From sequence record SRR31156797_4473: a stretch of DNA of 64,000 nt; one strand, written 5' to 3'. Positions 9,734 through 19,525 of this stretch are shown here, one piece after another. Position 1 is the first letter of the stretch. The number at the start of each line of letters is the position of its first letter. The notes beneath the pieces were generated by a model. That model worked only from the letters and a program-made list of their open reading frames with translations, made no database searches and had not been told where the DNA came from. A program made the translations under genes and the position numbers.

Positions 9734-10489
9734 TCACCCCTGAATGGCGTAGCCACCATCAACAACAACAACCTGACCATGTACCATGGAGGCAAGATCG
9801 CTGCATAAAAACAGGGCAACATCGGCAACATCTTGCGGGGTGGTTAACCTACCAAGCGGCGTACGCTCCTCTGCAGAACTCAGAATCATGTCCCGGTTGG
9901 GAAATTTCTTTAAGGCATCGGTATCGACAACACCAGCACTCAGTGTATTAATGGTTATACCTTGGGGTCCAATTTCAACGGCCAAATGACGCACTAGAGA
10001 TTCAAGAGCGGCTTTGGAGGCACCGACAACAGTATAGTCTGGAATGGCTCGCACCGACCCCATGGAAGAGATGGCTATAATCCTTCCCCCTTCCCCCATC
10101 ATGGGCAGGGCATGTTGGGTCAAAGATAAAAGGGCGCGGGCATTAATATTCATCGCCCAATCCCAGTGTCGGGGCGTCAATTCCATGGCAGGTTTCAGCA
10201 CTCCTGAGGCGGCATTAGAAACGACCATGTCCAGATGCTTAACACCATGTTCCTTGATACTTACAAACAATTGCTCAACATGGGCTTCATCAGCAATATT
10301 GGCCTTCACCGCAAAACACCGCACCCCTTTCGCCTTAATGGCCTCAACTGCTTGTTCCGCGTCACTGCGATGACGAACGAAATTTACGATAATATTGACC
10401 CCATAATCGGCAAGACGAAGGGCAATAGCCCGGCCAATACCTCTTGAACCACCTGTTATGAGGGCCGTTTTTCCCTGCATATTTTTCAT
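9734..10489 (-). CDS. fabL: SDR oxidoreductase, enoyl-ACP reductase FabL-like
   Basis: TGGSRGIG, NAASGVLKP, YxxxxxxK (YTVVGASK) spacing typical of FabL/FabI. Confidence 0.75.
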   Translation of the reverse strand: MKNMQGKTALITGGSRGIGRAIALRLADYGVNIIVNFVRHRSDAEQAVEAIKAKGVRCFAVKANIADEAHVEQLFVSIKEHGVKHLDMVVSNAASGVLKPAMELTPRHWDWAMNINARALLSLTQHALPMMGEGGRIIAISSMGSVRAIPDYTVVGASKAALESLVRHLAVEIGPQGITINTLSAGVVDTDALKKFPNRDMILSSAEERTPLGRLTTPQDVADVALFLCSDLASMVHGQVVVVDGGYAIQG

Positions 10490-10726
10490 ATTCTTAATCC
10501 TGAGCTAAACAGTAGTCTTTGTTTATATGATTGACAGCTTCCACCTGCAATTTCCCTTCTTGCTGGCCTGGTAATAATTCCATTCTAATAAAGAACAGTT
10601 AAGTTAAAACACATGTATTCAGGCAGACTGGAAAACAAAACTCTAAGGAGTTTTCTTAGGCTTAAAGCATGCGAAAAGGCAGGTAGAGTTTTATGAAAAA
10701 AGCCGCTACTCCGCCATCATGTTACG

Positions 10727-11665
10727 TTACCGTTGAAGAAGAGGCAGGGCTATTCTGCGTACAGAGTTTTTGATAAAGCGGAAAAAATTAAATCGAATAG
10801 GCATTAACTTTTCCGGTACAATAAATCCATTCACGTTAAAGGCATTACTCTGCAAAAAGGCCCATTCTATACGATTCAATACAACGCCAGAATGCCCTGT
10901 TCTGGCTGCCGCAGCCCAAAGAGGACAGTCCGCGGGAGCTATCCCCAGTATATCCAGAAAAACGGTATCCAATGCAACCGCATCAGTGGAACAACCAATA
11001 GCTCCTGCCCTAAAAGGCTTACCATGAATCGGCCCGGTCACATGCATTGCCTTGACACCATCGAGTAAGGCAATGCTGTGCGGGAAGGCGGGAAGTAATT
11101 GAAGAATCAGTTCTGCGAAACTCCCTTTTTTCCCGCCATACGCCATGTGCCACCATGCCTTTCGTAAGCCGACTACACAGCCAAACATATTTTTTACAGC
11201 CATGGTCACCCTTGCCTGGGCATGGGCTTTGACACGCGGCACATTTACCAAAATATCACATTCTCTGGGAGCAGTCGCTACTCTCAACACTCGACCGTCA
11301 GGCAAAGCGATGTTTTCCGTTTGTTTAAATTCTATAATATCAACCCCTAACTTACTCAACTCTGCAAATGCACCGATTGCCTCAAGTACTGCCCGAGCCG
11401 ACCCAAAAGCTGGAGAGTCGCCAAGCTTTACCTTAGCCCCCCTGTCGAGAAACCACCTGGCGACCGATGCCAGCAAGGCAGGCTCACTACAAGCCAGTGC
11501 CCCATTCTGAGCGGAAATCAAGTTTGGCTTGATCAGTACCTGAGACCCGGAGAAAGAACCATATCCACAGGTTACTGCAAGCAACTGGTTCACTGTTTCG
11601 TCAAGATTTTCTTGTGCATAGGTTTCAAGAGGAAGCAGGGCTACCTGAGGGGATGAAGTCTTCAT
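10727..11665 (-). CDS. DUF362 domain protein
   Basis: VLIKPNL, GDSP, NVPRVKAH, MAVKNMFG, DAVALD motifs. Start taken at ATG11665. Confidence 0.8.
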   Translation of the reverse strand: MKTSSPQVALLPLETYAQENLDETVNQLLAVTCGYGSFSGSQVLIKPNLISAQNGALACSEPALLASVARWFLDRGAKVKLGDSPAFGSARAVLEAIGAFAELSKLGVDIIEFKQTENIALPDGRVLRVATAPRECDILVNVPRVKAHAQARVTMAVKNMFGCVVGLRKAWWHMAYGGKKGSFAELILQLLPAFPHSIALLDGVKAMHVTGPIHGKPFRAGAIGCSTDAVALDTVFLDILGIAPADCPLWAAAARTGHSGVVLNRIEWAFLQSNAFNVNGFIVPEKLMPIRFNFFRFIKNSVRRIALPLLQR

Positions 11666-11682
11666 AAAAAACGATTTGATCA

Positions 11683-11718
11683 AAGAAAACCGACTTGATC
11701 CCAAAGGGGATCAAGTCG
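11683..11718 (-). terminator. Probable intrinsic terminator downstream of serA
   Basis: 12-bp perfect stem cgacttgatccc/gggatcaagtcg (11691-11718) with a T-rich tail on the minus strand. Confidence 0.6.
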
Positions 11719-12046
11719 ATAAAAGAGAGAAGAGATGAAGAGCTATGAAAAGTATAGCATAGTCCATGCCAGAAAAAAGCATTCGACCCAAAAACTTTAT
11801 TGCTTACATTTCAACACGTTACTCATATTTCTAATTCTTATTTTATTGGAGTCGGCAAAACAGTTCTTTTTTTAAAACCCCTTTTTTAACAAAAAACACG
11901 GAGAAACAAAAAAAATAGCCATATCAAAGAGTTAAAAAATATCATTTTTTATACTTCTTGAGTCCCGGTAAACCAACAAGTGGATATTTTTTACCCACTC
12001 TCACCGAGAAACAAAAACCATCTTTGAAAAATACAATGAGGTTACA

Positions 12047-13240
12047 TTATTTTTCATGAAAGGTAATACTTCGCGTCCGCAACACACCTTCCTGCTGACA
12101 AATTTCATCTTCTACATTAGCAGGTACAGGTCCGGAACAATCAATAATATTATACCCTAAGGTACCATTACTTTTGTTGGTGTAGTTCATGATATTGATA
12201 TCATTTGCACCAAGGATATTTGTTACCAGGCCGATCATTCCTGGTTGGTCTCGATTAATAACCGTTAGTCGCGTATGAACATCCACCGTAGGAATGGTCT
12301 CAATATTCGGGAAATTGACACTGTGGACGATGTTACCGTACTCCAGATAGCTTTTCAACTCACGAACAGCCATCGTTGCACAGTTTTCCTCTGACTCTGA
12401 AGTAGAAGCACCAAGATGGGGTGTGACAATAATTTTCTCATGACCGATAAACTTCACCGAAGGAAAATCAGATATATGCCCTCTGAGTTTACCGCTTGCA
12501 AGTGCTGCCAGTACGGCATCTTCATCAACAATAGGTCCCCTGGCATAATTAATAAGGATTGCATCATCTTTGACAAACTGTAAGAAATCTTTCTCTGTCA
12601 CATATCCGCGGGTATTAGCGTTTAAAGGAATATGTACACTGATAAAGTCGGCCTGTCCCAACGCCTCTTTACGAGATCTTGCGAGTGTTACTTCAGGCGA
12701 AAGACCGTGAATATTATCCATGGCAGGGAAAGGGTCAAACCCAATAACCTTCATGTTATGATGCAACCCTGCATTCGCAACGCCCACACCAATCTTGCCC
12801 AGTCCTATTACGGCAAGGGTCTTTCCTGCCATTTCCTCGCCCTTATACTCCTTTTTCTGGGCTTCTACTTTAAGATTTATGGCGTCATCATCTTTCAGGT
12901 CGGTTAAATTTTTGCAAAATGAAATGCTTTTTTCCACATTTCGAAGCCAGATTCCCAAAGTCGTATACACCAATTCCACTACAGCATTGGCGTTTGCACC
13001 GGGCGCATTAAAAACACAGATACCTTTTTCAGAAGCTTCTTCAACCGGTATATTATTAACACCGGCACCAGCTCTAGCGACACCAAGCAAGTTCGGAAAA
13101 AGATTCAGATCTACCAGAGAACTACGCACAACTACCCCATCGGGGTTGCTCTCTTCTGGGTCGACAGTATAACGGTCAGTCAAAAGTGCCAGCCCTTCCG
13201 GGGCAATGGCATTCATAGTCTTGATGCGAAATGATTGCAT
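12047..13240 (-). CDS. serA: D-3-phosphoglycerate dehydrogenase with C-terminal ACT domain
   Basis: ARAGAGVNNI, GLGKIG, TPHLGAST, ACT-like NRDQPGMIG. ATG13240 has a GAGGA RBS. Confidence 0.9.
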   Translation of the reverse strand: MQSFRIKTMNAIAPEGLALLTDRYTVDPEESNPDGVVVRSSLVDLNLFPNLLGVARAGAGVNNIPVEEASEKGICVFNAPGANANAVVELVYTTLGIWLRNVEKSISFCKNLTDLKDDDAINLKVEAQKKEYKGEEMAGKTLAVIGLGKIGVGVANAGLHHNMKVIGFDPFPAMDNIHGLSPEVTLARSRKEALGQADFISVHIPLNANTRGYVTEKDFLQFVKDDAILINYARGPIVDEDAVLAALASGKLRGHISDFPSVKFIGHEKIIVTPHLGASTSESEENCATMAVRELKSYLEYGNIVHSVNFPNIETIPTVDVHTRLTVINRDQPGMIGLVTNILGANDINIMNYTNKSNGTLGYNIIDCSGPVPANVEDEICQQEGVLRTRSITFHEK

Positions 13241-13389
13241 AAATGTCCTCTTCCTGGTCATCATTAAGGGAATTGCAGTACGGTCAGTTGCGGGACACCA
13301 GCCTCTTTTGTATCAGGTGCAGCAAAACGGCTCATACACGGGCAAATGGTCGCAACCTGTTGACAAACTGATATAAAATTTAATGGCAG

Positions 13390-13419
13390 ACCCTACAACG
13401 ATCACTTGGAACTTGTCAA
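13390..13419 (-). promoter_or_regulatory. Candidate sigma70 promoter for serA
   Basis: Minus strand TTGACA-18 nt-TAGGGT. Confidence 0.3.
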
Positions 13420-13525
13420 GCAGAAGCATGTCTCCTGGAGAAGGAGACTTTTCTAATTGGTTTAAAATGATTATTGTTTTTTTTCGGGCATTCTCCTCAA
13501 CCATAACGCAACAACCTGATAATTC

Positions 13526-16500
13526 ATGAAAAATATAACATTGGTTCTCCCTTTTCTATTCTTTTTCTCTCTTTTTTTTACCACTTGTTGCCTGGCTGCG
13601 ACCAATACTACTCACGAGCCCATCCATCACCGAATCTCCCTCAGTTTTGATATAAACAAGCAAACGATGTACGCCACATCGCATATCAGTATTCCTCAAC
13701 AGACTGAGCTGCGCCTGGAATGCGGCCCGCTCACAGTCACAGGGATAGTACTTGAAAAAGAGAACACCACACCTGTCTCTGTTGTTGCGGGAAAGAAAAA
13801 TGACATTTCAGTCCCATCTTCATCACTTCCTCAACAGCTCTATATCTCCTGGGAACTCTCTACAGCTGATGTCTTAGACAAGGATAATTTAATTGCAGAT
13901 AACGGGGTAACACTTGCCGGTTTCTGGCACCCCTTAAGCAACCAAGACATGATTTTTTCCCTTGATGCGGCTATCCCAAAGCAGTTTTCAGCCATCACCG
14001 AAGCGGAAGATATCACCACAACCGTTTCTGGAGGCACAAAACATGTACATGCCGCTTTCAACCACCCTCTCCAGGGCATTCACTTCATTGCTGGACCATA
14101 TATCATCCAGCGTAAACAGCATAAGAATGTGAGCATTTATGCTTACTTTTTCAAGGAAGATGCCTACCTCATTAAACAATATTTAGAAAAAGCGACTACC
14201 TATATTGGTGAATATGAGCGTATGATTGGCCCTTTCCCTTACTCTCGCTACAGTATTGTTGAAAACAGGCTTCCCACCGGCTACGGCATGCCCACTTTCA
14301 CTCTCCTAGGCCAGACAGTTGTTCGCCTTCCATTCATTGTAAACACTTCGCTGGGCCATGAAATTCTTCATTCCTGGTTCGGCAACAGCGTTTTTATTCG
14401 TCATGGTGATGGAAACTGGGCTGAAGGACTGACAACGTACCTTGCAGATCAACACCTGTCTGCTCAAGCTGGTGATGGCATTCAGTATAGAAAGAAACAA
14501 CTCCTTCGATACGATGCCTACGCTGCGGCCAACAGACCTCCTTCACTGCGTAACTTTCACAACACCAGTCACCATCAGTTACAATCACGGATGCTGAGGA
14601 CTGTAGGGTATGATAAAGGATCGATGCTCTTTCACATGCTTCGGCAAAAGATTGGCGCGGATAACTTCTTTAAGGCACTCAGCCTCTTTTACAAAACAAA
14701 CCGTTTTCAGAGGAGTGACTGGCAGGATATTGAGGATGCTTTTTCAAAAACTTCTAACACTGATCTTACTCATTTTTTCACCCAGTGGCTAGACCGCAAA
14801 GATATCCCTTCGTTATCCATAGAAAAAATTTGGGTTGAACAAAGAAAAGGAAAAGCCGTTATTGCTTTTGATATTGTCCAGCATACTGAAAAACCATTTG
14901 AGCTTGGTGTACCTATACATATTGAAACCATGGACGGGCAGGTACAAAAGAAATTCAAGATCAACGACAAAAGAAAAAGATTTACGATTACCACAGCAAC
15001 CCTTCCTCTATCCATAACCTTGGATGAGAATTACGACCTTATGCGAAGCCTTGGGGCCAAGGAAAGAGTATCAACGTGGTCCCATTTTCTGGGAGCAAGC
15101 CCAATGAACATCGTGGTTTCTGAGGATGAATCAGTCAAATATCAGCCTTTGATTAGGCTACTCGAGGAGAAGGGTGGCAGAGTTGTTGATGCAAAAAATG
15201 TTACGAATAGCGCACTTCAGACCGGGTCATGGCTTTTTGCCGGTACCAGTAGTCAACGATGCAGCCTTTTTGCCACCAAAAAGGCTGCTAAATCTGCTTT
15301 TACCCTGACAGTACACCCAAGCCCTTTCAATCAAAAACAGGTCATGGTCGAAGTAGACAGCGATTCTTCTCGCCAGACCCAGACCGTGGCCAGAAAACTA
15401 TTCCACTACGGGCAATACTCTACCCTTGTGTTCAACAACGGAAAAATCCAACAAAAACAAGCCCAGCAAGCAGACAACGGAGATCGTTATTCCCTCCTCT
15501 CGCTTCCAAGTGGTGTGCCCACTAAGGCCACCATGGGATTTTCTGAAATTCTTGCACATTTAAAAGAGACAGAGGTGATTTATGTAGGTGAAACACATAC
15601 CGACTATGGTGCTCACTTACTCCAACTGCAAATAATCCAAGGGCTCTATCAACAGAACCCAAACCTCGTTATAGGAATGGAGATGTTTCCCCACTCCTCC
15701 CAGAAGGCCCTAGATGCCTATATTAATGGAGAGATTCAAGACGAACACGAATTCCTCAAGCAATCACAATATTTTAAAGTTTGGGGATACGATTACAGAT
15801 TGTATCGTGATATCATAGGGTTTGCAAAAGCCAATGATATCCCGCTTATTGGCCTAAATATCGAAAAGCAAATAACACGGACCCTTTATCGCACAGGTGC
15901 AACCGATGCGCTGACCGAAGAACAGCTCGCCCGCGTTCCAGAGGATCGGGACCTGATGCTTCCGGGCTATGGCCAACGGCTCTCGGCGGTCTTCAACATG
16001 CACCAGGCACCACATTCATCAGGGGGCTTTGCCGGTTTTCTCCAGGCCCAGGCATTTTGGGATGAGACCATGGCTCAATCTGTGGTTACGACCCTGCAAA
16101 AATTCCCTGGAATGCAGATCATTGTTCTTGCAGGCACAGGACATGTACACAAAATAAGCGGTATCCCTGCAAGAGTACAAAGGAGAATGGAAAACGTTAC
16201 GCAAAAAGTTATAGTTCCTGCAGGCAGTCTACACTCTGCTGCAGAGATAATGGCTTCAGCGGATCTACTCATGGACACAGCAAGCATCGAGCTGGCATCT
16301 ACGGGGAAGATCGGGGTTACTTTGGAAGAGAAAGAAAACAACCAGGTGAAAATTCGTCAGATAAGCCCCCATGGATTTGCAGGGAAGGCAGGTCTGGAGC
16401 CGCAGGACATCATCAACGCAATTGATGGCAGGCCCGTTGTCACTATCGCAGATATCAAAATCAGACTGCTTGATAGTAACCCCGGAGATACAGTCAGCGT

Positions 16501-16603
16501 AGAAATTTTACGAGGCGAAGAGCTCTATAATTACCAGGTGGAATTATCCACGGTTCAACAGACAATGATGCCCACAGGACACCCGAAGAGAAAAGAGCCT
16601 TGA
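13526..16603 (+). CDS. Secreted M1-family aminopeptidase fused to ChaN-like domain and PDZ
   Basis: Signal peptide; HEILHSWFG...WAEG (HExxH...E) and YDKG; ChaN-like VIYVGETH, GMEMF, WDETMA, VLAGTGH; C-terminal PDZ (AGKAGLEPQDIINAIDG). Confidence 0.85.
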   Translation: MKNITLVLPFLFFFSLFFTTCCLAATNTTHEPIHHRISLSFDINKQTMYATSHISIPQQTELRLECGPLTVTGIVLEKENTTPVSVVAGKKNDISVPSSSLPQQLYISWELSTADVLDKDNLIADNGVTLAGFWHPLSNQDMIFSLDAAIPKQFSAITEAEDITTTVSGGTKHVHAAFNHPLQGIHFIAGPYIIQRKQHKNVSIYAYFFKEDAYLIKQYLEKATTYIGEYERMIGPFPYSRYSIVENRLPTGYGMPTFTLLGQTVVRLPFIVNTSLGHEILHSWFGNSVFIRHGDGNWAEGLTTYLADQHLSAQAGDGIQYRKKQLLRYDAYAAANRPPSLRNFHNTSHHQLQSRMLRTVGYDKGSMLFHMLRQKIGADNFFKALSLFYKTNRFQRSDWQDIEDAFSKTSNTDLTHFFTQWLDRKDIPSLSIEKIWVEQRKGKAVIAFDIVQHTEKPFELGVPIHIETMDGQVQKKFKINDKRKRFTITTATLPLSITLDENYDLMRSLGAKERVSTWSHFLGASPMNIVVSEDESVKYQPLIRLLEEKGGRVVDAKNVTNSALQTGSWLFAGTSSQRCSLFATKKAAKSAFTLTVHPSPFNQKQVMVEVDSDSSRQTQTVARKLFHYGQYSTLVFNNGKIQQKQAQQADNGDRYSLLSLPSGVPTKATMGFSEILAHLKETEVIYVGETHTDYGAHLLQLQIIQGLYQQNPNLVIGMEMFPHSSQKALDAYINGEIQDEHEFLKQSQYFKVWGYDYRLYRDIIGFAKANDIPLIGLNIEKQITRTLYRTGATDALTEEQLARVPEDRDLMLPGYGQRLSAVFNMHQAPHSSGGFAGFLQAQAFWDETMAQSVVTTLQKFPGMQIIVLAGTGHVHKISGIPARVQRRMENVTQKVIVPAGSLHSAAEIMASADLLMDTASIELASTGKIGVTLEEKENNQVKIRQISPHGFAGKAGLEPQDIINAIDGRPVVTIADIKIRLLDSNPGDTVSVEILRGEELYNYQVELSTVQQTMMPTGHPKRKEP

Positions 16604-16661
16604 GGGGCACCCTGAAAAATTGGATTTCCAAGGTAGGTTCAGTCAATAAAAAGACAATGAA

Positions 16662-17456
16662 CTATATAAGGGCCGAACTAAGAGTTACGGCCCAAACATT
16701 GCTTTTCACGTCATGGACGCGTAATATATCAACGCCCTTGTGAGCGCACAGTGCTGACACTACAGCAGTTGGCAGGTCGCGCTCTGCGACTGGTATACCA
16801 AGCAAGTTGTCAAAAAAAGACTTGCGTGAGTGTCCAACTAATACTTGACAGCCATGCTGTTTAAAAGCCTCAATATTGCGTAGAATGGCTAGGTTATGCT
16901 CCACACTTTTACCAAAACCAATGCCTGGATCAATGATTATTCGCTGCCGACCAATGCCCTTTTCTTCCATCCAGGCAAGTCGTTCTGCAAAAAAGGCATT
17001 TATTTCGTCCACAACATCAGCGTACTGGGGGTTGACTTGCATGTTGCCAGGGCACCCCTGCATATGCATTATGATCACAGGCCCACTATAATCAGCCACA
17101 ACTTCCGCCATTCCAGGATCCTGGCGAAGAGCAGAAATGTCATTAACTATGGCTGCACCTGCAGCCAGTGCGGCTCTTGCAACAGGAGCTTTGGTTGTGT
17201 CAATGGAAATGGGAAGAGTAGTAATTTGGCGAATAAGAGCAATCGCCGGCAGGACTCTTGCCAATTCCTCATCCGCATCAACAGGTTCAGCAAAAGGCCG
17301 CGTTGACTCCCCCCCCACATCGATTATATCCGCTCCAGCCTCAACAAGCTCAACAACACGTTTTTGTACAGCATCTATATTTCCATACTGCCCGCCATCT
17401 GAAAAAGAGTCGGGAGTAAGGTTCAGTATCCCCATAACCTTTGTTGTACGTGTCAT
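16662..17456 (-). CDS. folP: Dihydropteroate synthase
   Basis: MGILNLTPDSFSDGG, DVGGESTRP, IDPGIGFGK, SRKS, RVHDV. Confidence 0.97.
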   Translation of the reverse strand: MTRTTKVMGILNLTPDSFSDGGQYGNIDAVQKRVVELVEAGADIIDVGGESTRPFAEPVDADEELARVLPAIALIRQITTLPISIDTTKAPVARAALAAGAAIVNDISALRQDPGMAEVVADYSGPVIIMHMQGCPGNMQVNPQYADVVDEINAFFAERLAWMEEKGIGRQRIIIDPGIGFGKSVEHNLAILRNIEAFKQHGCQVLVGHSRKSFFDNLLGIPVAERDLPTAVVSALCAHKGVDILRVHDVKSNVWAVTLSSALI

Positions 17457-17471
17457 TACTCAAACCCCAAT

Positions 17472-17510
17472 AAAAAAAGAGCCGATACACTGCAAGCAGT
17501 CTATCGGCTC
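17472..17510 (-). terminator. Intrinsic terminator between ftsH and folP
   Basis: Stem gagccgatacactgc/gcagtctatcggctc (one mismatch) followed by T7 on the minus strand. Confidence 0.7.
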
Positions 17511-17537
17511 CAAATCCTTCGCCAACGTTGTTATCAA

Positions 17538-19418
17538 TTAGGCTTCGGTTGTTTCACGCTCCTCAGCAGTTTCAGAAGATGCTGCTGGGCTTTCCTCTGC
17601 CGCATTCGCATCAGCTTCGTCCTCACCTCTGAGTTCTACAATAATCCGATTCATGTCGTCGAGCATAATTGTCTCTTTTTCTAGCAGTTCTGCAGCGACA
17701 GCATCCAGAATATCCATATTTTCTTTCAGAAGAGTGGTGACCCTCTCATTACCTTCAAGAATGATCTGTTTTACGGCATCATCAATTTTCTGGGCCGTCA
17801 GTTCACTGTAATCACGATGTTGGTTAATCTCTCTTCCGAGGAAAATCTGCTCATCTTTCTTACCATAAGCAAGAGGACCAAGTTCGTCACTCATTCCCCA
17901 TTCACAGACCATTTTCCGCGCCAGTTCACTGGCACGTTCAATGTCATTTCCGGCACCGGTGGTGATCTCATCAAATACAAGTTTTTCAGCAACCCTACCG
18001 CCAAATAAAATGGCAATGGAATCGAGCAGAAAACTGCGTGCATGGGTATATTTTTCATCCATGGGCAACTGCATTGTCAAACCGAGTGCCCTGCCCCGTG
18101 GAATAATTGTCACCTTATGAATAGGATCGGTTCCCGGCAGAAACCGAGCAACCAATGCATGGCCTGCTTCATGGTAGGCGGTGATTTCTTTCTCTTTTTC
18201 AGAGATGATCATCGAGCGTCGTTCGGCCCCCATCATCACCTTATCTTTGGCGCGCTCCAACTGCTCAGCGTCAACCACCTCAAGCCCCTTTCTAGCAGCC
18301 ATAAGAGCCGCTTCATTAACAAGGTTTTCAAGGTCAGCACCAGAGAAGCCAGGGGTACCACGAGCAATCACCCCCATATCAACATCATCTGCCAACTTGG
18401 TCTTTTTACCGTAAATTTCAAGAATTTGCTCACGACCTTTCACATCTGGCACAGGCACCATGACCTGTCGGTCAAAACGACCTGGACGAAGCAAAGCAGG
18501 GTCAAGCACATCCGGTCGGTTGGTTGCGGCAATGATGATGACCCCGTCATTACCCTCAAAACCGTCCATCTCAACCAGCAATTGGTTCAGGGTCTGTTCA
18601 CGTTCGTCATGACCTCCACCTAATCCAGCACCACGATGACGTCCTACAGCATCAATTTCATCAATGAAAATAATACAGGGAGCATTCTTTTTACCCTGAT
18701 TAAACAGGTCACGAACCCTTGAGGCCCCCACACCGACGAACATCTCAACAAAATCAGAACCAGAGATGGTGAAAAACGGTACCCCAGCCTCGCCGGCAAT
18801 GGCACGGGCTAGTAAAGTTTTCCCTGTGCCCGGAGAACCAGCGAGTAAAACACCCTTGGGTATTCGCCCACCCAGCTTGGTAAATTTCTGAGGATCGCGC
18901 AGAAAATCGATAATCTCTTCGAGTTCTTCTTTGGCTTCGTCAATACCGGCCACATCTTTGAAGGTTACCTGTACCTCACCTTCACCTTGAAGCTTAGCTC
19001 TGGTTTTGCCAAAAGAAAGTGCCCCACCTTTTCCTCCCATCTGCATCTGGCGCATAAAGAAAATCCACACACCAATCAAAAGCAACATAGGAAACCAGGA
19101 AATAAGTATGGTCAAATACCATGGTGTATGCTCCGGCTCTTTAACCGAAATATCAACCCCTGACTGTCTGAGCATAGGTATAAGTTCAGCATCGTCGGGA
19201 GCAACAGTCGTAAAAGGGCGACCATCCAGGCCGGACCCGGTAATTGTCTCACCCTGAATATTGACTTTGTTGATGGCGCCACTATCCACACTTGACCAAA
19301 ACTCACTGTATGTAACGGAGTTGCTGGATGAATGGGGTTTGTTAAACAAATTAAAAAGCAAAATCATAGTCAAACCTATGACCAGCCACATGCTCAGATT
19401 TTTATAAAAAGTATTCAA
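17538..19418 (-). CDS. ftsH: ATP-dependent zinc metalloprotease FtsH
   Basis: Two N-terminal TM segments, [29 protein letters not shown] start. Confidence 0.98.
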   Translation of the reverse strand: MNTFYKNLSMWLVIGLTMILLFNLFNKPHSSSNSVTYSEFWSSVDSGAINKVNIQGETITGSGLDGRPFTTVAPDDAELIPMLRQSGVDISVKEPEHTPWYLTILISWFPMLLLIGVWIFFMRQMQMGGKGGALSFGKTRAKLQGEGEVQVTFKDVAGIDEAKEELEEIIDFLRDPQKFTKLGGRIPKGVLLAGSPGTGKTLLARAIAGEAGVPFFTISGSDFVEMFVGVGASRVRDLFNQGKKNAPCIIFIDEIDAVGRHRGAGLGGGHDEREQTLNQLLVEMDGFEGNDGVIIIAATNRPDVLDPALLRPGRFDRQVMVPVPDVKGREQILEIYGKKTKLADDVDMGVIARGTPGFSGADLENLVNEAALMAARKGLEVVDAEQLERAKDKVMMGAERRSMIISEKEKEITAYHEAGHALVARFLPGTDPIHKVTIIPRGRALGLTMQLPMDEKYTHARSFLLDSIAILFGGRVAEKLVFDEITTGAGNDIERASELARKMVCEWGMSDELGPLAYGKKDEQIFLGREINQHRDYSELTAQKIDDAVKQIILEGNERVTTLLKENMDILDAVAAELLEKETIMLDDMNRIIVELRGEDEADANAAEESPAASSETAEERETTEA

Positions 19419-19525
19419 AAAAACTCTCCACTATGATGCTGTTGGCGTGTAACCATTTGGCAGTATACCCTCCTGATTACCTCGCCAGGCGTATAATTTT
19501 GTTTTACAGTAATACCGTTTTATTT

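Noticed and set aside
11719..12046. AT-rich 330-bp gap downstream of serA
   Set aside because: No ORF, repeat or stable structure found; composition alone is not enough to call a feature.
19449..19468. gtaaccatttggcagtat resembling the left end of the hairpin repeat
   Set aside because: Only about 13/18 match and no partner end or internal similarity.
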